A DNA stretch of 64,000 bases from a virus (lineage: Duplodnaviria > Heunggongvirae > Uroviricota > Caudoviricetes). The notes beneath the pieces were generated by a model that worked only from the letters and a program-made list of their open reading frames with translations, made no database searches and was not told where the DNA came from. The position numbers were made by a program, and so were the translations under genes. Shown one piece after another: positions 37,222 through 46,362 of this stretch (its first letter is position 1; each line of letters starts with the position of its first letter). The stretch spans positions 132,588 to 196,587 of the IMG/VR virus record IMGVR_UViG_3300020577_006835, one strand, 5' to 3'.

Positions 37222-37973
37222 TGCGTGCAGACTACCTAATCTCGCTAGCCCTCTCAGAGGACCGCCTGCCTGCGCTGCGCAAGAAGTGGTCCGGCATCAA
37301 CACCTCCCACGACTACCGGTGGGAGATGGACGAGGTGCCCCAGAAGCACCGGAAGAGTGCCGCCTTCGACGTCGTCACCATGGACATGGACCCGACCGAG
37401 AACAAGCAGTACTCGGATCGGCTGCTCCACTTCTACCACCAGGGGCAGATCGCCGCGGACGATGCTGACGAGGTCAGGAAGACAGTCAGCCTGTTCCATG
37501 ACCACAAGCACTTGATGCCCGAGAAGGACATCAACAAGTACGACACCTACGACAACCTGGCCACCGCGGCCAGGGGCGCCGCCAGCAAAGCCGGCACGAA
37601 GAAGCAGTTCCCCTGGGTCAAGACCACCGCAGCGCAGCGGGCTGAGGCCGAGGCTGGCTCCGAGGTGGTCTACGACAGCCCGTCCTACGCTGTGCGCGAG
37701 ATCCACACGCACCCGGCCATGAAGGTGCTCGGATCGGGCACCAAGTGGTGCACGGTGGGTCGCCCTGACTTGTTCCAGAAGTACACCAGCAAGGGGCCGC
37801 TCTACCACATCCACGACAAGGTGGGCGGCGAGCGGTGGATGGCGCACTTCGAGTCCGGGCAGCTCCACAACGAGCATGGGCACCAGGTAGACGCCGAGAC
37901 TTTGGTCAACGAGCATCCGGAGCTGGACAAGGCCTTCAAGGGCAGGCTCAGAAAGATCGACTCCGCAGCATGA
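37221..37973 (+). CDS. leader-motif WCT-family (PcfJ-like) protein 1
   Basis: MRADYLISLALSE; DPTENKQY; GTKWCT; GPLY; HFESGQ. Confidence 0.7.
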   Translation: MRADYLISLALSEDRLPALRKKWSGINTSHDYRWEMDEVPQKHRKSAAFDVVTMDMDPTENKQYSDRLLHFYHQGQIAADDADEVRKTVSLFHDHKHLMPEKDINKYDTYDNLATAARGAASKAGTKKQFPWVKTTAAQRAEAEAGSEVVYDSPSYAVREIHTHPAMKVLGSGTKWCTVGRPDLFQKYTSKGPLYHIHDKVGGERWMAHFESGQLHNEHGHQVDAETLVNEHPELDKAFKGRLRKIDSAA

Positions 37974-38845
37974 CGCGTGCAGACCACCTCATCTCGCTGG
38001 TTCTCGCCGAGGACCGCATGCCTGCGATGCAGGCCAAGTGGGCCGACAAGCTCAACACGAGCCACGACACCCGGCTCACTCTGTCCAACGACCAGCACGT
38101 CCGGGCTCACGCTGCGCTCAGGCACCTGCACGACATGGACCCGACGCCCAACAAGCAGTACATGGGCAAGCTGGTCGACTGGTACCACCGGGGCCAGTTC
38201 CGCGTCGAGGACAAGGACCGCATCAGCAACGCGGTCAAGGACTTCCACAGCCTGAAGAACCGGCTCAAGCCGGAGCACGCAGGCCCCGAGGTGGCCAACC
38301 CAAAGGACATCGGCAGCTACCCCTCGATCCACCACCTGGAGCGCGCTGTGAAGGCCGTGGGCACTCCGGTGGAGACTCCCTGGACCAAGACCACCGAGTC
38401 ACAGCGCCAGGCCGTCAAGGCCGGCTCCAACATCGTCCACGACGACGCCGACCTGACCGTGCGAGCCGTGCACACGCACGACGCGATGAAGGTCCTGGGC
38501 TCGAACACCAGCTGGTGCGTCGTACCGGACAAGGCGACCTTCGACGACTACCGTGAACAGGGTCCGCTCTACCACATCCACGAGAAGAAGACCGGGGCCA
38601 GGAAGCTGATCCACTTCGGCTCCGACCAGTTCATGGACGAGGACGACGAGCCAGTCGACCACGAGGATTACGGGGACCAGCACCCTGTCCTGAAGAAGCT
38701 GTTCCACGGCAAGAGCTACGACAAGTTCAACTCTCCGGAGGAGATGGAGCACCGCATCAAGACCGACCAGAAGGTGGACCCTGGAGTGTTCTCCGCGGCC
38801 GCCCGGTCAGCAAGGGCGACTTCAACCTGTCCAGCGTCTACCTGA
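37970..38845 (+). CDS. leader-motif WCT-family protein 2 (probably continues by frameshift)
   Basis: MTRADHLISLVLAE; DPTPNKQY; NTSWCV; GPLY; QFMDE. Confidence 0.7.
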   Translation: MTRADHLISLVLAEDRMPAMQAKWADKLNTSHDTRLTLSNDQHVRAHAALRHLHDMDPTPNKQYMGKLVDWYHRGQFRVEDKDRISNAVKDFHSLKNRLKPEHAGPEVANPKDIGSYPSIHHLERAVKAVGTPVETPWTKTTESQRQAVKAGSNIVHDDADLTVRAVHTHDAMKVLGSNTSWCVVPDKATFDDYREQGPLYHIHEKKTGARKLIHFGSDQFMDEDDEPVDHEDYGDQHPVLKKLFHGKSYDKFNSPEEMEHRIKTDQKVDPGVFSAAARSARATSTCPAST

Positions 38846-38886
38846 CGCACCACCCGGACACGGGCGAGAAGCTGGCCGACGCGCCG

Positions 38887-39189
38887 GTGTCGGATGCCGA
38901 CTACGGCAAGATCCACCCGCACGTGAAGAACCTGCTCGGCCCGGCCAGGCTGCGCGGCATCCTTGGCCAGCTCAAGCAGCACGGTGCCGAGAGGGTCTAC
39001 AGCATCCAGCGCACGACCGGCACCAGGGCCAACTGGAAACCGTCGCCTGAGGACCTGAAGAAGTTCTTCATTCCTCCAAAGACGGTTGTGCCGCCGTTCA
39101 GGCTGCGTGAGGAGTTTGAAGTTCACCTGCTTTGGGAGTATGAACGTCCGACGGCGGACGGGCTGATCAGGGCCGCACTGGAGGGGTGA
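38887..39189 (+). CDS. GNAT-like module; coding frame extends upstream to about 38800
   Basis: LGPARLRGILGQLK..SIQRTTGTR; ends TADGLIRAALEG. Confidence 0.55.
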   Translation: MSDADYGKIHPHVKNLLGPARLRGILGQLKQHGAERVYSIQRTTGTRANWKPSPEDLKKFFIPPKTVVPPFRLREEFEVHLLWEYERPTADGLIRAALEG

Positions 39190-39190
39190 G

Positions 39191-40030
39191 TTGTCCGAGA
39201 AGACGTTGAGGCTGGTGGTCGTCATCCCGAGCGGCCGCAAGAGGTACATGGAGGTTCTGCTGCCGTACATCTTCAGGCAGCGGCCTCTGGTCGACGAGCT
39301 GCGACTGTGGGTCAACACCAGAGAGCCCAGCGACTTGGCCTACTGCAACGCGTTGCAGGCTGCATACCCGGAGTTCGTGACGCTCGAACACGTCCCGGCA
39401 GACGAGCCACGCATCGGCATGGGGTGGGCGATCCGCCACTTCTACAAGAACGCGATCGACGAGGGCACGGTCTACATTCGCGTCGACGACGATGTCGTGT
39501 GGGTGGAGCCCGACTTCTTCAAGAAGATCTACGACTTCAGAGTCGCCAACCCGCAGTACTTCCTGATCTACGGCAACATCATCAACAACGCAGTGTGTGA
39601 TCACCTGCACCAGTGTCGCGGTGTCTACCCACCGGAGCCAGTGTTCGGCAGAGCGTGCTTGGACCCCAACGGGTGGGAGACTCCGCACCACGCCGAGACC
39701 AAGCACAGGACCTTGCTCAGCAACATTGCGAACAACAACCTAGACGCCTACAGGTTCGAACCCCTCGTGCTTGACCAGTACGAGCGGGTGTCAATCAACA
39801 GCATCTCGTGGCTTGGTGCCGAGTTCAAGAAGTTCAACGGCGACGTAGGAGTCGATGAGGAGAAGTGGCTTTCAGAGGAGAAGCCGAGGGAGATGCAGAT
39901 GCCGAACTGCATCCTTGGGTCAGCTCTGTGTGCGCACTTTGCCTTCTACAAGCAGCGCGACTGGATGGACCAGACTGACGTCCTCAGACTCTACCATGAG
40001 CTGAGAGTGAGCACGATCAAGAAAGGGTAA
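39191..40030 (+). CDS. GT-A fold glycosyltransferase-like protein
   Basis: VVIPSGRKRYM..L, YIRVDDDVVW (DxD). Confidence 0.7.
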   Translation: MSEKTLRLVVVIPSGRKRYMEVLLPYIFRQRPLVDELRLWVNTREPSDLAYCNALQAAYPEFVTLEHVPADEPRIGMGWAIRHFYKNAIDEGTVYIRVDDDVVWVEPDFFKKIYDFRVANPQYFLIYGNIINNAVCDHLHQCRGVYPPEPVFGRACLDPNGWETPHHAETKHRTLLSNIANNNLDAYRFEPLVLDQYERVSINSISWLGAEFKKFNGDVGVDEEKWLSEEKPREMQMPNCILGSALCAHFAFYKQRDWMDQTDVLRLYHELRVSTIKKG

Positions 40031-40032
40031 GC

Positions 40033-40305
40033 ATGAGAGACTGGCAAGTAAGCGAGGAAGAGGTCCTGGATTTCCTTGAGGGTGAAGAGGCTCTGCTGGC
40101 CGACGGCTTCGAGGACGCGCTCATCGGCTACGTCGAGATCTTCAGCAACGCTGTCGCCCTGTACGACCGCGACAAGTGCATCGAGATCCTCATGGAGGGC
40201 AGCAGCATGTCCGAGGAGGAAGCGATCGAGTACTTCGAGTTCAACGTGGTCGGAGCCTACGTCGGACCCAAGACGCCGGCCTTCGCCACGCTGATGAGCC
40301 GGTAG
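40033..40305 (+). CDS. conserved phage protein
   Basis: ADGFEDALIG..EEAIEYFEFNVVGAYVG..TP. Confidence 0.75.
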   Translation: MRDWQVSEEEVLDFLEGEEALLADGFEDALIGYVEIFSNAVALYDRDKCIEILMEGSSMSEEEAIEYFEFNVVGAYVGPKTPAFATLMSR

Positions 40306-40664
40306 TGATCTGGCCTTCCAGCATCGACCTGGCGCTACACGAGAACGCGGACGCCTACCGGGTGTGCCTGCTGTCTGAGGGTCTCGACCTGGGCAGCAAG
40401 GTCTGGTCGCAGCAGTTCGGCATCGGCGAGGTGTTCGGTGGCAGGGTGATGGCTCGCAACACGCAGCTGTACTGCCGCTTCCACCCACCTGGAAACAGGC
40501 CAGAGCACACCGGCAGCGCCAAGCGCTACCTGTGCTGGTCCTGTGAAGAGGCGTTGATCGCCAAGGCCGGTACCACCGTCGCCCCGGCCTTCCTGCACCA
40601 CTGCAAGCCGGACGTCGTGCACACGTTGAACGGCAACGACTGCCCCTGTCGACAGCCGGCCTGA
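40305..40664 (+). CDS. hypothetical protein
   Basis: Coupled ORF. Confidence 0.6.
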   Translation: MIWPSSIDLALHENADAYRVCLLSEGLDLGSKVWSQQFGIGEVFGGRVMARNTQLYCRFHPPGNRPEHTGSAKRYLCWSCEEALIAKAGTTVAPAFLHHCKPDVVHTLNGNDCPCRQPA

Positions 40665-40697
40665 CGTCCGTCCGCATCCCGGTGTACAATCCCGGGC

Positions 40698-41081
40698 ATG
40701 CGGAAGACCCTGTTGTCCGTGCTCGCGGCCGTGGCGCTCATGCGCTACGAGTGCGTCAACCCGCGGGTGATCGACGGCGACACGGTCGCCTGTGACATCC
40801 AGCTCGGCTTCGACCTGGCTCTGCTCAACGAGCCGGTGCGCATGCTCGGTGTGGACACGCCTGAACTGAGCAAGCAGCCGGTCGAGGCCAACAAGGCCAA
40901 GGATCGCACCAAGGGGCTCGTAGCAGGCGCTCCAGGCGACGTTGCCGTCCTGGTTGACCCGAAGCACTCCAGGGACAAGTACGGGCGCGTCTTGGGCATC
41001 ATGATGGCCGGCGAGACCAACATCAACGCGACGCTGCTGGCCGAGGGTCTGGGCAAGCCGTACGACGGCGGCAAGCGGTGA
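40698..41081 (+). CDS. thermonuclease (SNase-like)
   Basis: VIDGDTV, VRMLGVDTPE, DKYGRVLG, IN..LLAEG. Confidence 0.9.
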   Translation: MRKTLLSVLAAVALMRYECVNPRVIDGDTVACDIQLGFDLALLNEPVRMLGVDTPELSKQPVEANKAKDRTKGLVAGAPGDVAVLVDPKHSRDKYGRVLGIMMAGETNINATLLAEGLGKPYDGGKR

Positions 41082-41365
41082 CGGAGAGTCCGATGAGCGC
41101 TGATGAGCTGGCCAAGGTCATGTGGCGCGACGGCGTCTTTCAAGGCGCTGTCGTCAAGTGCAACGGGTTGCAGGACGGTAAGGGTGTCTGGGTGTGCTCG
41201 ACGGTGGAAGAGACCCTCGCCGCGATCGACGAGGCGTTCGCCCGCGAACACGAACGAGCTGACCGGTACCGTGAGCACGGCTGGGACGGGCCGCCAGCGA
41301 TGATTCTGATCGAAGAGCGACTGGGTGTCGGCCGTCGCGAGGCGAGGTTGCGGAGTGACCACTAG
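41078..41365 (+). CDS. hypothetical protein
   Basis: Coupled ORF. Confidence 0.5.
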   Translation: MTESPMSADELAKVMWRDGVFQGAVVKCNGLQDGKGVWVCSTVEETLAAIDEAFAREHERADRYREHGWDGPPAMILIEERLGVGRREARLRSDH

Positions 41366-42926
41366 AGCCGAGATGCTGGTCAATCTGGTCCTGGCCGAGG
41401 ACCGACTGCCAGCGCTGCAGCAGAAGTGGGCCAACCTCGACTTCTCGCACGACCGCGCTGCGGTCAGCGCTGGGCACAAGCCTGAGGACATCGTGTCGCA
41501 CATGGCCTCCATGGTCGACCCGTCGCCGAACAAGCAGTACACCGACCGTGCTCTGCACTGGTACAGCAAGAAGCAGTTCAGACTCGAAGACCATGGGCGG
41601 GTGCGCAGGGTGCTCGACACCTTCCATCGCGTGCGCCAGCGCATGCCGGTCGACGCTGCTGCGCACCACGGCGTCAAGAACGCGCGCGACATCAACAGCT
41701 ACAAGTCGGTCCACGACCTGGAAGATGCGTTGATGCCGTTCGAGCACGAGAAGACCAAGTCGGAGGTCAAGGCCACCGACCGCGCCGTAGTCGACCTGGG
41801 CTCGAAGCTGCTGCACAAGGACGACAAGGTCGAGGTGCGGAGGCTGCACAACTCCAGCCGAGGTAAGGCAGCCATGATGGTCCTCGGCCGCAACACCAGG
41901 TGGTGCACTGCAGCCAAGGAGGACAATCAGTTCGACAACTATGCGTCCGAAGGTCCGCTCCACTTCGTGCACGACAAGGTGGAGAACAAGAAGTACCTGA
42001 TGCACCACGAGAGTGGGCAGTACATGGACGAGCAGGACCGAGATGCTGAGAGCGAGCTGACCCAGCTGGGCAACAGGCACCCCGTGCTGCACAAGGTACT
42101 GCACCACGACTCGCTCGGCCCGTTTTTCAGCGACGCTGTGGCCAAGGAAAAGATGGAGAAGCATCAGAGTGGTGTCGGCCGCTCCCCAATGCCGAACATC
42201 TCCGGCTACGCTGAACGAAGCCGTGACCCTGAGATGCTTGACGAACTCTCGCAGCATCCGTACGCGCAGGGCTTGAAGGTCGCCCAGAATCCACATGCCG
42301 CGGAGCACACGCTGCAGCGATTGGCGTCGGTCGAGCCTCATGCAGTCGCGATGAACCCGAAGGCGAGCGCTCAGGTCTTGCACACCGCAGCGATGAAGCT
42401 GCACGGTGATGAGACGACCAGCGCGGTTGCGAGTCGCAGAAGGATCGTGACGCACCCGAACGCAGGCCCTGAGACGATCGACCACCTGATCAAGCACATG
42501 GACGCCTCTGAGTACCAGGCCAACTCTCACAAGGCGGCTGCGAACAAGAACACCTCAGCCACCACGTTGCACCACATCGTGGACAGAGCACCTGGCCCGC
42601 GTCCAAGCTCCGGCTTCATTCCGAAAGAGGCCAGTCTTGCCGTGAGGCACCCGAACGCCTCGGCTGAGGTGTTGGACCTGGCGGATCAGAAGTACGGCAA
42701 GCACTTCCTTGGACTCCGGGACGACATTGCCAGGCACCCGAACGCGGCGAGTCACACGCTGGACCGGATTGCGCGGGACGAGTACAGGCACAACGCGGTA
42801 CGCAACACGCTGTTCAGGCATCCGAACCTGTCCAAGGAGACCGAGCACGGGCTCCACACCCACTTCGGTGAGCTGACCAAGAGCGGCTACGATCCGAACC
42901 CGAACTACCAAGGAGTACGACGGTGA
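41355..42926 (+). CDS. leader-motif WCT-family protein 3 with LRV-type helical repeats
   Basis: MTTRAEMLVNLVLAE; DPSPNKQY; NTRWCT; about 8 HPNA/NPxA repeats. Confidence 0.75.
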   Translation: MTTRAEMLVNLVLAEDRLPALQQKWANLDFSHDRAAVSAGHKPEDIVSHMASMVDPSPNKQYTDRALHWYSKKQFRLEDHGRVRRVLDTFHRVRQRMPVDAAAHHGVKNARDINSYKSVHDLEDALMPFEHEKTKSEVKATDRAVVDLGSKLLHKDDKVEVRRLHNSSRGKAAMMVLGRNTRWCTAAKEDNQFDNYASEGPLHFVHDKVENKKYLMHHESGQYMDEQDRDAESELTQLGNRHPVLHKVLHHDSLGPFFSDAVAKEKMEKHQSGVGRSPMPNISGYAERSRDPEMLDELSQHPYAQGLKVAQNPHAAEHTLQRLASVEPHAVAMNPKASAQVLHTAAMKLHGDETTSAVASRRRIVTHPNAGPETIDHLIKHMDASEYQANSHKAAANKNTSATTLHHIVDRAPGPRPSSGFIPKEASLAVRHPNASAEVLDLADQKYGKHFLGLRDDIARHPNAASHTLDRIARDEYRHNAVRNTLFRHPNLSKETEHGLHTHFGELTKSGYDPNPNYQGVRR

Positions 42927-43333
42927 TGACCGCGGATGCACTGATCAACCTCGTGCTCGAAGCTGAGGTCACCGACCTGAAGGGTCGTCGCGACCTGAAG
43001 AACTTCGCCACACAGCTGCGCTCCCAGCTCAAGGCCAAGGCTGAAGCCAAGCGTGCCGACTACGAAGCTCGCGGCTGGCCTGCTAAGGGCGATCAGTACC
43101 ACGACGTGCTCACCCGTCACGGCTTCACGGACAACGGCACCAGGTACGGCTCGTTGACCAAGGAGTACAGCCGCGGTGACGAGCGGGTGACCTTCGGGCC
43201 TGATCTGCGCGACGGGATCGAGTGGTCGCACACCCCGCGGTACAACAACCGCATGTTCAACCGCAGCACCGGTGTGCACCACGACGAGCTGGATCGGGTG
43301 CTCTCGAAGCCGAAGATGTCGAGGGTGAAGTGA
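42923..43333 (+). CDS. leader-motif hypothetical protein
   Basis: MMTADALINLVLEAE. Confidence 0.7.
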   Translation: MMTADALINLVLEAEVTDLKGRRDLKNFATQLRSQLKAKAEAKRADYEARGWPAKGDQYHDVLTRHGFTDNGTRYGSLTKEYSRGDERVTFGPDLRDGIEWSHTPRYNNRMFNRSTGVHHDELDRVLSKPKMSRVK

Positions 43334-43824
43334 TCGCTGACGACCTGATCAAGGCTGCGCTCAACGAGGCCCCACTCAAGATCGACAACGAGCACGGGCT
43401 CGGCGCGGTGCCGGACAACCGGAACGTCAACTACATGGGCTACACCGTGCACATGAAGCCGGCCGAGTTCCTGAAGCTGAACCCAGCGCGCCCCGATCAC
43501 CCGCAGCACGCCATCGACCACGTACGAGCCGGGGGTGCTGTCGGCACGCCGTTCATCTCAGCGAAGTGGAACGAGACCGGCAAGCACTGGGAGGTCTACC
43601 AGCACGAGGGTCGCGGCCGCATGCAGGCTGCGCACGAGCTGTTCCCTGATGAGGACGTGCCGGTGCACGTGTTCCCCAGCGGTGAAGGCTACGAGATCCG
43701 CTCCAGGCACCTGACGGACGAGCACCTGTTCGCCCCGATCAAGTCGGACGAGAGGCGTGGCGCGATCAAGTTTACCTTCCAGCCGCAGCGCGTGATCCAC
43801 GACGGCAAGGAGAAGACGCGGTGA
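43330..43824 (+). CDS. leader-motif protein with ParB-like domain
   Basis: MIADDLIKAALNE; GTPFI..WEVYQHEGRGRMQA. Confidence 0.65.
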   Translation: MIADDLIKAALNEAPLKIDNEHGLGAVPDNRNVNYMGYTVHMKPAEFLKLNPARPDHPQHAIDHVRAGGAVGTPFISAKWNETGKHWEVYQHEGRGRMQAAHELFPDEDVPVHVFPSGEGYEIRSRHLTDEHLFAPIKSDERRGAIKFTFQPQRVIHDGKEKTR

Positions 43825-44381
43825 GAGCCGACGAGCTGATCTGCGCGCAGCTCACCGAATCCGAGTATTCGGTGTTCAAGGTGCCGCATACCAACATGCT
43901 GGTTGGTGACCCGTACTACAACACCAACATCAGGCACCAGGAGCGCGGCCTCATGAGCCTGCGCGACTTCGTCAGGAACGATGGCAGCGAGGTGTTGCAC
44001 AAGCTGTACGCGGACAGGAAGCTCAGCCAGAACGACTGGAGCCCGGTCTCGTTCCACGGACTCAAGATCTATAAGGGTGATCAGCACATCGCCGACGTCG
44101 AGTACAACGTGCTGCAATCGAAGAAGGGCCAGCACGCGCACATCGGATGGGCTTACAACACGAGTTCTTCGACCAACCTTGGATCTCGTGCCGACGAGCC
44201 GCACCCAGGTGCGTTCAGGGCCGTCGTCAAACACATCCAGCGTGAGCACCCGAAGGTGGGTTCGATCTCGGCGGACAGGATGAGCGGAGCTGGTCAGGGT
44301 GCGCGTGTCTGGTCCCCGCCGAAGCCCAAGCCGCAGCAGCGGGAGTTCCCGTTTGCCAGCGCCCAGGCAGGTGCACGGTGA
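43821..44381 (+). CDS. leader-motif protein with GNAT-like module
   Basis: MRADELICAQLTE; PGAFRAVVKHIQREHP..ISADRMSGA. Confidence 0.65.
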   Translation: MRADELICAQLTESEYSVFKVPHTNMLVGDPYYNTNIRHQERGLMSLRDFVRNDGSEVLHKLYADRKLSQNDWSPVSFHGLKIYKGDQHIADVEYNVLQSKKGQHAHIGWAYNTSSSTNLGSRADEPHPGAFRAVVKHIQREHPKVGSISADRMSGAGQGARVWSPPKPKPQQREFPFASAQAGAR

Positions 44382-45601
44382 GCGATCAGGCTGACAGACG
44401 CAGCCTGCCGGCTGAGGTGCGCCGCATGTCTGCCGAGACGGCCAAGAAGCTCGCAGCTGCGCTCAAGCAGGGGCTCGTAGACCGCAAGAAGCCTGAGAAG
44501 GTCGACGAGGCTGTCTCCAAGAGAGCCGTCAAGCTCATCGCGCAGGAGCTGGACACAGGCCGCTCCAGGATGAGCGAGGTGCCCCGCAAGGTGCGTGATG
44601 CCTCCCGTGCCAGCCTGCCTGACAAGGTCACCGTCTGGCGCTCGGTCGCTCTGCACAGCGAGAACCCGGGCATCCGACCAGAGACCGGTGTCGTGTCCAC
44701 CACGCGCAGCCCGCGCGTGGCCATGAACATGGCGACCAACTACCCGGTGCTCATGGGCAAGGACAAGTTCATCGCTCCCAAGCCGGCCATCCTGCGCTAC
44801 GAGGTGCCTCGCGAGCGCGTGCACGCGTACGTGCCCGGGATGATCGACCAGGCCCGAGCCGACCACGGTGACGAGCTGAAGAAGATGAAGATCACCGGCC
44901 GGCGCAGCTACCAGCGCATGAGCGTGCACGACGTCTTCGACCAGACGCACCGCGAGGACGAGGTGCTGGCCGACGTGTCAGGGCTCACGCCCGAGGTGCT
45001 GCACTTCCACGGGGGCGAGCAGGTGGCCGACCAGGAGCACATGCACGCGATCCATGACCTGGTGCAGGGTAGGGCTCAGGGCTCCGGTGCTGAGTACATC
45101 GACTCGCGCAAGAAGTACGGCACCTACTTCCGCGACGAGCCCAAGGCGGCACAGGAGTACGACGACTTCTTCAAGAAGGCGCGGCACCACTTCCGCGAGA
45201 GCGTGAACGAGGCTGTGCTGAGACCGTTCCGCTGCTCCTGTGGCCACTCGTGGGTCGACGAGGACACCCCGTCCGGCAGGGCCTGCCACGCGTGCTCAGG
45301 TGGCAAGGGCAAGCCCTTCGTCGGCGAGTCGGTCGACCAGCTGATCAGAGCTGTGCTTGAGGGTGACGATGACTGGATGCTCGACAAGGGCATCTTCGAT
45401 CTCAATTCGAAAGCCAAGCCGAAGTCGAAGCCTAAGGCTGTTGACCACAGGCCGCTGGCGAAGTGCAGCGAGTGCGGCAAGAGGCACCGGCTGCGACCTG
45501 CTTTCATGCCCGGCGATGACCGCCCTGACGCGGAGCGCGTCAAGGACACGCTGTGTTTCCGGTGTGAACGCACCCACCGTGCATCTATGAGCAACGACTG
45601 A
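44378..45601 (+). CDS. polyprotein: ART-like domain plus two zinc-finger modules
   Basis: VWRSV..VSTTRSPRVA..LRYEV; linkers ESVNE and ESVDQLIRAVLE; CSCG..CHAC; CSECG..CFRC. Confidence 0.65.
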   Translation: MSDQADRRSLPAEVRRMSAETAKKLAAALKQGLVDRKKPEKVDEAVSKRAVKLIAQELDTGRSRMSEVPRKVRDASRASLPDKVTVWRSVALHSENPGIRPETGVVSTTRSPRVAMNMATNYPVLMGKDKFIAPKPAILRYEVPRERVHAYVPGMIDQARADHGDELKKMKITGRRSYQRMSVHDVFDQTHREDEVLADVSGLTPEVLHFHGGEQVADQEHMHAIHDLVQGRAQGSGAEYIDSRKKYGTYFRDEPKAAQEYDDFFKKARHHFRESVNEAVLRPFRCSCGHSWVDEDTPSGRACHACSGGKGKPFVGESVDQLIRAVLEGDDDWMLDKGIFDLNSKAKPKSKPKAVDHRPLAKCSECGKRHRLRPAFMPGDDRPDAERVKDTLCFRCERTHRASMSND

Positions 45602-46362
45602 TGCGAGCCGACCAGCTCATCAAGGCCAAGCTCGACGAGATCGCCAAGCCGGCCAAGGTCAAGTTCTCCAGCATGGGGCCGTCACCGGCAGTGCCCGAGG
45701 CGATGCGCTCGATGGACTTCTACCACGGTGTCGACAACGATGCGGCTGCGCACGGGATTCTTGCCGCAGGCAGGCTGGAGCCGGCCACCTATGGGCACAG
45801 CACCTTCCACCGTGGGTACTCCGCTCCGCGGCCGGACAAGGTGTACTTGACGAAGGACGCGTCGCACGCCGCGGAGCGTGCTCTGAGTGGTACTCGACTG
45901 GGCAGTGACACGGAGGAGCCCTACCTCAAGACTGGTAGGTACGGGTACATCTTCAAGGTCGCTGGCGGCGATCTGAACAGCGTCGAAGCCGACGAGGACA
46001 ACATCGAGCGCGCGTACTGGAACACGCATGGTGGGGGGCCTGCCGGACTCGGCGTGCACCACGGCGTGGCTGATCTTGGCAAGCGGGTGCTCAGCCAGAA
46101 GGACCACGACACCCTGATGGGTGGAGGCTCGTTCAACAGACGCGTGCGCGTCGCCAAGAAGCTCGCCGGCCACATGACGCCGGACATGCACCACGACCTG
46201 GTCTTGACGCAGAACGCACACATCGCGCACGGCGGCCCGGTCAGGATCGTCGGAGCGTGGCGCATCGACAAGACGCGCAACGGTGAGTTCCACTGGAACG
46301 GCTCGGATCTGTTTCAGAAGGCCGAGCCGCTGCACCACCTGATCGGCAAGGGCCTCAAGTGA
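45601..46362 (+). CDS. leader-motif ART-like protein, paralog of internal module of 15188
   Basis: MRADQLIKAKLDE; FYHG..IL..GRL.P..KVYLT. Confidence 0.7.
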   Translation: MRADQLIKAKLDEIAKPAKVKFSSMGPSPAVPEAMRSMDFYHGVDNDAAAHGILAAGRLEPATYGHSTFHRGYSAPRPDKVYLTKDASHAAERALSGTRLGSDTEEPYLKTGRYGYIFKVAGGDLNSVEADEDNIERAYWNTHGGGPAGLGVHHGVADLGKRVLSQKDHDTLMGGGSFNRRVRVAKKLAGHMTPDMHHDLVLTQNAHIAHGGPVRIVGAWRIDKTRNGEFHWNGSDLFQKAEPLHHLIGKGLK

